Assembly (NCBI GenBank): GCA_965262725.1
Contig: OZ253555.1
Span: forward strand, 96,001 to 160,000
Reading direction: 5' to 3'
DNA: 64,000 nucleotides
Origin: Dehalococcoidia bacterium
GTDB taxonomy: Bacteria > Chloroflexota > Dehalococcoidia > UBA2979
Shown: piece by piece, positions 29,359-37,564 of the stretch
Layout of the letters: each line of letters starts with the position of its first letter
How positions within the stretch are numbered: position 1 is the stretch's first letter
Position numbers and translations under genes: made by a program
The notes under the pieces: generated by a model
Database searches by the model: none
What the model was told of the DNA's origin: nothing
The model's input: only the letters and a program-made list of their open reading frames with translations

Positions 29359-30798
29359 ATGGAGACACGAGGCGAGAGTGCCCGGCGCGCCGACGGAACG
29401 CGGGGCGATCCGCCGGTACTGCCCGCGGCGCTGTCCCGGGTGAACCTGAACGCGGCCGGGATCGATGTGGGCGCCGAGAGCCACTTCGTGGCAGTCCCCG
29501 AGGACCGTTCCGATACGCCGGTGCGGGAGTTCGCAGCTTTCACGGGCGACCTGTACCGCCTGGCGGACTGGTTGGCCGAGTGCGGCATCGAGACCGTGGC
29601 GCTGGAGTCGACGGGGGTGTACTGGATCCCGCTCTTCGGAGTGCTGGAGGAGCGGGGATTCGAGGTGCTGTTGGTGAACCCGAGGGGCATCAAGAATGCG
29701 CCCGGCCGCAAGACGGATGTGCTGGACAGCCAGTGGATCCAGCAGCTTCACACCTACGGGCTGCTCTCCGGAGCCTTCCGTCCCGATGAGGATATCCGCC
29801 GACTGCGCAGCTACATGCGGCAGCGAGCCCTGCTGGTCGAGGACGCGGCCAGACACGTTCAGCACATGCAGAAGGCCCTGACCCAGATGAACGTCAAGCT
29901 CCAGCACGTCATCAGCGACATCACCGGCGCGACGGGACTGGCCATCATTGATGCCGTCATTGGTGGCGAGCGTGACCCCGTGAAGCTGGCGCAGCTGCGT
30001 GACCCGAGGATCCGGGCGGACACGTCGATGATCGCCCGGTCACTGGAGGGGCACTGGCGGGAGGAGCACCTCTTCGAACTGGCGCAGGCCCGGGATCTCT
30101 ACCGGGTGTACCAGGGCAAGATCGCCGAGTGCGACGGGAAGCTCGAGGCGCTACTGGAGGAGTGGGACGATTCCGGCGACCCCCGGCCGCCTCTCGGGAA
30201 GCCCAGGCGGTCGAAGCGCGCCAAGAATGCGCCGGCGTTCGACGTGCGGAGCCATCTCTACCGGATGACGGGGGTGGACCTGACGCGCATCGATGGCGTG
30301 GACGCCCATACGGCGCTGAAGGTCGTCAGCGAGGTCGGGGTGGACATGAGCCGCTGGGAAACCCCGAAGCACTTCGCATCGTGGTTGGGCCTGAGCCCGA
30401 ACAACCGCGTCACCGGAGGCAAGGTCATCAGCTCCCGGACCACGCCGTCGGCGAACCGGGCAGCAGCGGCCCTGCGTCTTGCCGCCTTCGGTCTTCACCG
30501 CTCCGACAGCGCCCTGGGGGCGTTCCTGCGGAGGAAGAAGGCGCAGCTGGGGCCAGCCAAGGCCATCACTGCGACGGCTCACAAGCTGGCGAGGATCATC
30601 TACTCGAGCCTGAAGTACGGACACGGGTACACGGACGCCGGAGCCGAGTACTACGAGGCGCAGCACCACGAGAGAGCCCTCCGCAACGCGAGACGCAGGG
30701 CCAGGAAGCTCGGCTACCAGCTGGTGCCGCTCGGAGGCCACGAAGCGGATGGAACCGGAGCTCCCGGACCGCCGATCACAGGTTTGGCGACGGTGTAG
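29359..30798 (+). CDS. IS110-family recombinase (B), intact
   Basis: GIDVG, ALESTGVYW, RKTDVLD (DEDD); WLGLSPNNRVTGG; AHKLARII. Confidence 0.95.
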   Translation: METRGESARRADGTRGDPPVLPAALSRVNLNAAGIDVGAESHFVAVPEDRSDTPVREFAAFTGDLYRLADWLAECGIETVALESTGVYWIPLFGVLEERGFEVLLVNPRGIKNAPGRKTDVLDSQWIQQLHTYGLLSGAFRPDEDIRRLRSYMRQRALLVEDAARHVQHMQKALTQMNVKLQHVISDITGATGLAIIDAVIGGERDPVKLAQLRDPRIRADTSMIARSLEGHWREEHLFELAQARDLYRVYQGKIAECDGKLEALLEEWDDSGDPRPPLGKPRRSKRAKNAPAFDVRSHLYRMTGVDLTRIDGVDAHTALKVVSEVGVDMSRWETPKHFASWLGLSPNNRVTGGKVISSRTTPSANRAAAALRLAAFGLHRSDSALGAFLRRKKAQLGPAKAITATAHKLARIIYSSLKYGHGYTDAGAEYYEAQHHERALRNARRRARKLGYQLVPLGGHEADGTGAPGPPITGLATV

Positions 30799-31608
30799 TT
30801 AGTCGGTAGACGCGGCCAGCTTCGACTCCAGTACCTCGAGTTGCCGGTTGATCTCCTGGAGCTGGGCAACCTGGGCGAGCACGCTGTCTGCGAACGCCTC
30901 GCTGAGCGCGGGCGCGACCGGGAGCGTGCGGAGGCGGAGTACCTCGCGTATCTCTTCCGCCCGCGTGTCCAGGTTGCGCTTGCGGCCTCCGCGCCTGAGC
31001 GCCGCGCGGAGCTGCGTCCGCGTCAGCTTCGCCGCCGCGAGCGACTCCGGGGCGACGGCCAGCACCGAGAGCGCATCGGGATGCGTGAGGTCGGGGAAGG
31101 CCTGGAGCGCGGCCGGGAAGTACTGCAGCAGCGCGCTGCGCAGCCGGTTGCTCTCGCGGGTGCGATTCCAGACCAGCTGCTGCTGGGCGCGGGCACGCAC
31201 CTGCACGGCGGAGGCGAGGGCGCTGTCGCCCGCGACCGGCCGGTGGTTGTGGCTGTCGGTGCGAACGAGGTTCGCGAGCATGCGCGCATCGCCCCGGTCC
31301 GACTTCCCGCCGCCGACCTGGTGTCGCTCGCGGTAGAGGGCCGCCACCCGCGGATTGATGGCGTAGACCCGGTAGCCCGCGCCGATGAGCGCTGCGACCC
31401 ACGGGCCGCGGTCGGTCTCGATGCCGACCACGACCTGGCCGGCCTCCTGTGCATGCTCGGCGAGCAGCGCATGGAGCGCGGTCATGCCCTCCGCTCCCTC
31501 GGGGAGTCGCTTCGCCGCGAGGCTCTCGCCCTCCTCGTTCATGAGATGGACATCGTGATGGTCCTCGGCCCAGTCGTCCCCCACGTACACCGTCAACCCG
31601 TGCTCCCT

Positions 31609-31647
31609 TCCGTCCCACCTGTCCGTCCCACCTGTCCGTCCCACCTG
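31609..31647 (+). repeat. 13-bp tandem repeat TCCGTCCCACCTG x3
   Basis: Three perfect copies between the IS110 A bridge RNA and the recombinase RBS. Confidence 0.9.
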
Positions 31648-31654
31648 GCTGGCT

Positions 31655-31855
31655 AAACCCACGGGGCTGCTCCGCAACGAGCTAATGGCACGGTGCTCTA
31701 CCGGCACGACACCCCATCAGTGCATCGCAGGCCCGAACGAACCAGCCGGGGCACGGTCTACCACTGGAGGTCGCAATCGCCTCAGCTGTTACTAGTGCTC
31801 TCCGGCTGGCGGGTCCGGAACCAGTCTCCCGGATCGCTCTGGTCCTCTGGTTCGG
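31655..31855 (-). ncRNA. Putative bridge RNA of IS110 A
   Basis: Two internal loops with guides in canonical order: ACAGCT (31784-89), TGGTAG (31758-63), ATGGGGTGTC (31708-17), CCATTAG (31682-88), each matching a flank or an element end; boundaries approximate. Confidence 0.85.
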
Positions 31856-32118
31856 CTCCCATTAGCTGTATGAGGGTGGCGGCCGCTTCGGTCGGAGGCC
31901 CCTGCGGTCACCGCTCCGAGCTCAACCGGCTGCGTGGGCGGTGCGTCCGCGCGTGCCGAAGAGCGCGGAGGCGCTGATCCGATCGTGCGGCGCAGCCGCG
32001 CTCACCCGCGCCCTCGTTCTCGATGAGGATGGGGTCTCGCCGGTCAGACGCCTGTGCCCGTAGCGGGTCGAGCGCCACGGGGAGGCCGGCCCCTCCGTCT
32101 CGAATGTGTCCTGCGGGG

Positions 32119-33192
32119 TCAGCGGAGCGCCGATGCGACCTGAGACGCCGCCTCATGCTGCATCCCGGGGAGCACGTGCGCGTAGATCGCGTACGTGATC
32201 GCCGAGCTGGCATGTCCGAGCTGCGCGCTGATGCTGGTGATCGGCACTCCTTGCATCGCCATGAGCGAGGCGCACGTGTGTCGCAGCGTGTGGAAGGTGA
32301 CGCCGTCGAGTTCGGCCTCGCGGAGGAGCGACTGGAATGCGCGGCGCATGTTGCTGGGCCTCCAGTGGGTCCCGATGCCCGAGGGGAAGACGAGATCCCG
32401 CTCCCTCCAGCGTGCACCGAGCCGGAGGCGGTGCGCGCCCTGCTCGGCGCGATGCCGGCGGAGGACGCGCACGGCCTCAGCGGAGAGGGCCACGGCCCGC
32501 CGCGAGCGGTGCGTCTTGGGCTCCATCTCGACGATGCCGCGTCCGGCGAATTCGCGGATCGTGCGCCTCACGCGCACCTCGCGGGACGGCAGGTCGATGT
32601 CTGCCCAGCGCAGGGCGAGCAGCTCCCCGCGCCGCGCGCCCGTCTCGAGCGCGACGTAGAGGAGCGCATATATAGATGTATCGGCGGCGACCTCGAGCAG
32701 CCGCCGGGCCTCGGCCACGCTCAGGACGCGCATCTCGCGCCGCCGCGTCGTCGGCGGGCGGGCCGCTTCTGCGGGGTTGACCTCGATCAGGCGCAGCTCG
32801 GTCGCGGTCTGGAGCGCCGACTGGAGCTCCCGGTGCAGGCGGCGCACCGTATTCGGCGAGCGGCCCGATTCGAGCAGGCGCGTCATCAGCGCATCGACGT
32901 CGACGGGTTGGAGTTCGCTCAGCCTCCGCGCACCGAGCGCCGGTTTGAAGTGGAGTTCGACGTCCCGGCGGTAGAGGTCGAAGGTGGATTCCTTCACACG
33001 CAGGGCCTGTCGCGCGAGCCAGAGATCGAGATAGGCGCCGACCAGCAGCGGGTCGCCCGTCGCACCGGTGCCGCCGGGAGGGGCGGAACTCCGGGGGCGG
33101 CGCACGCGGTCGACGCCCCGGGTGATGCCTCGTCGCCGCCGGGTCCGCGTGTGCCGGCTCGGCGGGCGTTCCTCCTCCGGGCGCTTCGTCAT
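32119..33192 (-). CDS. Tyrosine recombinase/integrase
   Basis: TGARRGELLALRW, FHTLRHT, LGH..IT..IYAH; N-terminal SAM-like domain; GGAGGGAG RBS; starts 16 bp after the dnaE2 stop. Confidence 0.93.
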   Translation of the reverse strand: MTKRPEEERPPSRHTRTRRRRGITRGVDRVRRPRSSAPPGGTGATGDPLLVGAYLDLWLARQALRVKESTFDLYRRDVELHFKPALGARRLSELQPVDVDALMTRLLESGRSPNTVRRLHRELQSALQTATELRLIEVNPAEAARPPTTRRREMRVLSVAEARRLLEVAADTSIYALLYVALETGARRGELLALRWADIDLPSREVRVRRTIREFAGRGIVEMEPKTHRSRRAVALSAEAVRVLRRHRAEQGAHRLRLGARWRERDLVFPSGIGTHWRPSNMRRAFQSLLREAELDGVTFHTLRHTCASLMAMQGVPITSISAQLGHASSAITYAIYAHVLPGMQHEAASQVASALR

Positions 33193-33208
33193 CGCTCCCT
33201 CCGTGCGT

Positions 33209-36200
33209 TCAGATCCAGGACCTGCCGGCCGGCATCCGGAGCGCTTCTGCCGGCACTATCTCCTCGATGCCGGTCGCCACGAGCGTGCGCTGCTCCCCCG
33301 CCCGCTCGTCGAGCACGCCCCGCGCCCGCACGAAGGCCGCCGTCCGCACCACCCCGCGCTGGGCGGAGGCGAGCTCGCGGCGCACCAGGATGTTCATCAG
33401 GCCGTACTCGTCCTCGAGGAGCAGGAAGACGATCCCGCGCGCGGTGAGCGGGCGCTGGCGGCAGACGACCAGTCCCGCCACCTCCACCGGGCGCCCGGCC
33501 GGCAGCACGTGCAGGTGCCGGCTGGAGGCGACCCCCTCGCCGAGCGACTCGCGCAGGAACCGCATCGGGTGGCTGTCGGGGGAGAGTCCGAGCAGCGCGT
33601 AGTCGAGGGCCATCCGCTCGCGGTCGTCGAAGTCCGTCAGCGCAACGGCGTCCTGCGCCGTCGGCAGCTCGAGCCGCAGCTGGCGCCGGGTCGGTTGCGC
33701 CGAGGGGGTATGCGCCATCCCCCCCGCCGGCCCGCCGCTGAACAGCCCGAGCTGCCACAGCAGCTCGCGGCGGTTCAGCCCGAAGCCGTCGAATGCGCCG
33801 GCCTGGATCAGGCGCGCCGTCTCCCTGCGGCCGAGCCCCGTGCGCTGCACGAAGTCGAACAGCGAGCGGTAGCGTCCCGCACGCTCGCGCTCCTCCTCGA
33901 TCCGCCGCGCCCAGGCGGGCCCGAGGCCCTGCACATAGCCGAGCCCGATGCGGATCGCGCCGGTGGCGCTCTCCGTGTCGGCGGGCTGCTCGATCGTGCA
34001 CATCGCGCGGCTGACGTCGATGTCGGGGCGCCGGACGGCGACGCCGTGGCGCTTCGCGTCGTTGGTGAGGACGTGCGGAGGGTAGAACCCCGTGGGCTGG
34101 TGGTTGAAGAGCGCGCAGAGGAACTCCGGGGCGTAGTACTGCTTGAGCCAGCTGGACTGGTAGGCGAGCAGCGCGAACGCTGCGCCGTGGCTCTTCGGGA
34201 AGCCGAACTCCGCGAAGCCCAGCAGGTTGTCGAAGACCCGCTCCGCCACCGTGTGCGCCACGCCCCGCTCCGCGGCCCCCGCGAGGAAGCGCTCGCGCCA
34301 GGTGTCCATCGCCTCGCGCGCGTGCCGGCGGCTCATCGAGCGGCGGAAGCGCTCGGCCTCCCCGGAGCTGAAGCCGCCCATCTGCTGAGCGACCTGCAGC
34401 ACCTGCTCCTGGAAGATCACTACCCCCAGCGTCTCCTCGAGCACGTCGCGCACGCACTCGTGCGGCATCGCGGGGCGGTAGCGCGGATCGCGGCGCTGCT
34501 GCTCGCGGCGCCGTACGTAGGGGTTCACGGCGCCGCCGACGATCGGCCCCGGCCGCACGATCGACACCTGCACGGCGAGATCCTCGAGGGTGCGCGGCTG
34601 CGTCCTGGGCAGCATCGCGATCTGCGCGCGCGACTCGATCTGGAAGACCCCGACGGTGTCGCCGCGGCAGATCGAGTCGTAGACGGCCTGGTCCCGGAAA
34701 TCGATCCGCGAGAGGTCGACGATGCGTCCGCGCCCGGCGGCTATCAGCTCCACCGCCTCCTCGACGACCGAGAGCATGCCGAGCGCGAGGAAGTCGATCT
34801 TCACCATCCGCGCGTCGCTGACGGAGTCCTTGTCCCAGTGACAGAGGTAGCGGCCCGGCATCGCCGCCGGCTGGCAGGGCACGCAGTCAATAAGCGGGCC
34901 GGAGGCGATCACCATCCCGCCGGGGTGCTGCGAGAGGTGGCGCGGGATCCCCTCCAGCTGCTGGGCGAGCTCGGAAAACTGCTGCCATCCGCGTGCCTGG
35001 GCGCGGCCCTGGAAGTGCGGGGAGCGCGCGAGCTCCTCCGGGATCTGGTCGGCCCCGTCGTGCGGCCCCGCGAGCCGGGCGAGACGGTCCAGCTCCGCCT
35101 CCGGCAGCCCCAGCGCCTTGCCGGCGTCGCGGATCGCGCTCTTCGGCCGGTAGGTGGCGAAGGTGGCGACGAGGGCGGTGCGCTCGCGGCCCCAGCGCGC
35201 ATGGACGCGCTTGATCAGCTCCGCCCGGATATCGCGAGGGAAGTCGAGATCGATGTCGGGCAGGGAGTGCATCTCCTCGTTCAGGAAGCGCCCGATGAAG
35301 AGGCGGTGGTGAATCGGGTCGATGTGGGAGAGCCCGATCAGGTAGCAGACGATCGAGGCGACCGAGGATCCGCGGCCGCGGCCGGGAGGCAGCTGCGTGC
35401 GGCTGCGGGCGGTGCCGCTCCCGCGCACCTCGCGGGCGACCTCCCGCGCCAGCCGGAAGACCTCGTGGTAGATGAGGAAGAATCCGGCGAGATCGTGCAT
35501 CCGTATCAGGCGCAGCTCCTCGTCCAGCTGCGCCTGGGCCTTGCTGCGCACGGCCGGGGAGCGGTAGCGCTCCCGCAGGCGCTCCCGGCAGATCCGCTCC
35601 AGCTCGAGCAGCGGCGTGGTGCCTTCAGGAAGCGGTGGCGTGGGGAGCCGGTAGCCGAGATCCTCGGTCAGGTCGAAGCGGCAGCGCTGCGCGATCCGCA
35701 CCGTGTTCGCCGCCGCCTGCGGGTGATAGCGCGCGAAGCGCCGCGCCTGCCGCTGCGGGCTGCGCAGCCAGAACTCGGCGTTCGGCCTGCGCTCGGCGTG
35801 GCACTCATCGAGGGTGGCGCGCCGGCTGATCGCGACCAGCACATCCTGTAGCCGGTGACGCTCGCGCGCGTGGTAGTGCACGTTGCCGGTACCGACCACG
35901 CCCACCCCCGCGCGCTCCGCGAGCGCGACCAGCGCCTCGTTGCGCGGGCGGTCGCCGCGGACGTAGTTGTCCTGAAGCTCGACGAAGACCTGGTTCGTCC
36001 CGAACCAGGCGATGAGGCGCTCGAGGGCCGCGACCGCCTCGCTTCCGCGCCCCGCCTGCACGAGGGAGGGGATGCGCCCGTCGCGGCACCCCGTCAGCAC
36101 GATCAGTCCCTCCGCGTGCCGGCCGAGCACGGCGAGCGGGAGCACCGGATCGAGGCGCCGCTCCTCCTGGGCGCGCGGATCCGTCTCCCTCAGCCCGAAG

Positions 36201-36673
36201 GCGTAGCTGGAGAGCCGGCAGAGGTTGGCATATCCCTGCCGGGTCTCGGCGAGAAGCGTGAGGTGCGAGCGCACCTCTGTGCCCGCATCACGCGCCGCCG
36301 CGGGTTCGGAGACGGTCAGCTCCAGCCCGGTGATGGGCCTGATCCCGGCCGCGCGCGCCGCATGCGCGAACTCCATCGCCCCGAACATGCCGTCGTGGTC
36401 GGTCAGCGCGAGCGCCGCGTGGCCCTGCTCCGCGGCGCTGTGCACCAGCTCGTCCGGGCTCGAGGCGCCCTCCAGCAGCGAGTAGTAGCTGTGTGCGTGC
36501 AGCTCCACGTATGGGACGCCGCCCAGTGCCTCCTCCGGGATGGGCGGTGGGGAGCCGCGCGGCGTCCGGGGGACCGGCACCCCCGTCTCGATCTGCGCGC
36601 GCCGCCGCTCGAACTCGTCCCAGCGCTCCATGTAGCCGGGCTCTAGTTCCCGGCGCCCGCGTGCCACCGGCAT
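33209..36673 (-). CDS. dnaE2: Error-prone DNA polymerase III alpha (DnaE2/ImuC)
   Basis: ELHAHSYYSLLEGAS, LALTDHD, GRGRGSS, PDIDLDF, SQHPGG, KIDFLALGML, FGFPKSH; SOS box upstream. Confidence 0.93.
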   Translation of the reverse strand: MPVARGRRELEPGYMERWDEFERRRAQIETGVPVPRTPRGSPPPIPEEALGGVPYVELHAHSYYSLLEGASSPDELVHSAAEQGHAALALTDHDGMFGAMEFAHAARAAGIRPITGLELTVSEPAAARDAGTEVRSHLTLLAETRQGYANLCRLSSYAFGLRETDPRAQEERRLDPVLPLAVLGRHAEGLIVLTGCRDGRIPSLVQAGRGSEAVAALERLIAWFGTNQVFVELQDNYVRGDRPRNEALVALAERAGVGVVGTGNVHYHARERHRLQDVLVAISRRATLDECHAERRPNAEFWLRSPQRQARRFARYHPQAAANTVRIAQRCRFDLTEDLGYRLPTPPLPEGTTPLLELERICRERLRERYRSPAVRSKAQAQLDEELRLIRMHDLAGFFLIYHEVFRLAREVAREVRGSGTARSRTQLPPGRGRGSSVASIVCYLIGLSHIDPIHHRLFIGRFLNEEMHSLPDIDLDFPRDIRAELIKRVHARWGRERTALVATFATYRPKSAIRDAGKALGLPEAELDRLARLAGPHDGADQIPEELARSPHFQGRAQARGWQQFSELAQQLEGIPRHLSQHPGGMVIASGPLIDCVPCQPAAMPGRYLCHWDKDSVSDARMVKIDFLALGMLSVVEEAVELIAAGRGRIVDLSRIDFRDQAVYDSICRGDTVGVFQIESRAQIAMLPRTQPRTLEDLAVQVSIVRPGPIVGGAVNPYVRRREQQRRDPRYRPAMPHECVRDVLEETLGVVIFQEQVLQVAQQMGGFSSGEAERFRRSMSRRHAREAMDTWRERFLAGAAERGVAHTVAERVFDNLLGFAEFGFPKSHGAAFALLAYQSSWLKQYYAPEFLCALFNHQPTGFYPPHVLTNDAKRHGVAVRRPDIDVSRAMCTIEQPADTESATGAIRIGLGYVQGLGPAWARRIEEERERAGRYRSLFDFVQRTGLGRRETARLIQAGAFDGFGLNRRELLWQLGLFSGGPAGGMAHTPSAQPTRRQLRLELPTAQDAVALTDFDDRERMALDYALLGLSPDSHPMRFLRESLGEGVASSRHLHVLPAGRPVEVAGLVVCRQRPLTARGIVFLLLEDEYGLMNILVRRELASAQRGVVRTAAFVRARGVLDERAGEQRTLVATGIEEIVPAEALRMPAGRSWI

Positions 36674-36706
36674 TCCTTTCCGCCGCGAACGGCGGCCGAG
36701 AGTAAC

Positions 36707-36720
36707 AGAACATCTGTTCC
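36707..36720. promoter_or_regulatory. LexA (SOS) box in the dnaE2 promoter
   Basis: aGAAC-atct-GTTCc lying between TTGATC and TGnTACTCT on the minus strand. Confidence 0.85.
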
Positions 36721-37006
36721 AAGATCAACATACCGCCCGAACGAGCCCTGGCGGAGCAACGCCACCCTGTGAGCGCAGATTACCCATAGCATCACTGCTG
36801 GCCGGAGCCACCTATCAGATATCCGCCTCACGGCTCGGCCGCGAGCGCGGGAGCCCCGGCATGCAACGGTTACTGGATGGTGGCGGCGTGACGGACCAGG
36901 GAACGATCCGGCGTGAAGCCGCATATCTCTCGGCAGGATGGTGTTGGAGCAGCGTGAGACGCGACGCACGAGCTACCCCGGCCGACCGGCGGAGGGTGAG
37001 GGGCGT

Positions 37007-37564
37007 ATGACCGACGACGAGGCCATCCGGCGCTGTCAGGACGGAGACCATGACGCCTTTCGCCATCTTGTGGAGCGGTACAAGAACCCGCTCTACGGCA
37101 CCGCCTACGTGATGACCGGCAATGCCGCCCACGCCGAGGAGCACGTCCAGGAGGCGTTCCTGTCGGCCTGGCGCGGCATCCGTACCTTCCGGCGGGGCCT
37201 CCCGGTGAAGCCCTGGTTGATGCGGATCCTCGTGAACACCGTGCTCTCCCAGCAGCGGAGACGCACGCTGACGACGGTGCCGATCGAGGAGTCGCTGCTG
37301 CCGGGAACGACCCCCGGTCCGCAGGACTCAGTCGAGGCGAGCGAGAACCGCGAGGCCGTGCGTCAGGCCCTCGCCCGGCTCAGCCCCGAACACCGCCAGG
37401 TCGTCGTGCTGCGCTACTTCGCCGACCTGACGGTTCCACAGGTGGCCCGCTCCGCCGGGGTGCGGGAGGGCACAGTCAAGTCGCGGCTTCACCGTGCGCT
37501 CCGCCAGATGCGCGAGTTGCTGGAGCAGTCCGGCGTGATGGAGGTAGCCGGCAATGGCACCTAA
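37007..37564 (+). CDS. ECF sigma-70 factor
   Basis: AEEHVQEAFLSAW, PWLMRILVN, LSPEHRQVVVLRY, GTVKSRLHRA. Confidence 0.93.
   Translation: MTDDEAIRRCQDGDHDAFRHLVERYKNPLYGTAYVMTGNAAHAEEHVQEAFLSAWRGIRTFRRGLPVKPWLMRILVNTVLSQQRRRTLTTVPIEESLLPGTTPGPQDSVEASENREAVRQALARLSPEHRQVVVLRYFADLTVPQVARSAGVREGTVKSRLHRALRQMRELLEQSGVMEVAGNGT

Larger units (their letters stand above)
29093..30809 (+). mobile_element. Inner IS110 element (B), AG core duplicated
   Basis: AG at 29093-29094 and 30808-30809; ~265-bp non-coding left end and 11-bp right end; removing it restores the A reading frame. Confidence 0.9.
28655..31596 (-). pseudogene. IS110 A recombinase split by insertion of IS110 B
   Basis: N-half 31596-30808 (GDDW, GIETD, KSDRGD = DEDD) and C-half 29092-28655 (PGLG, GTSPLTIASG) rejoin in frame as KLAAS|FEEHPD. 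Confidence 0.92.
28324..31865 (-). mobile_element. Outer IS110 element (A), CT core at both ends, interrupted by IS110 B
   Basis: AG (CT on the element strand) at 28324-28325 and 31864-31865; ends defined by matches to its own bridge-RNA guides. Confidence 0.85.

Noticed and set aside
31866-33192. Prophage/ICE or tRNA attachment site beside the integrase
   Set aside because: No tRNA, att duplication, excisionase, phage or conjugation genes were seen
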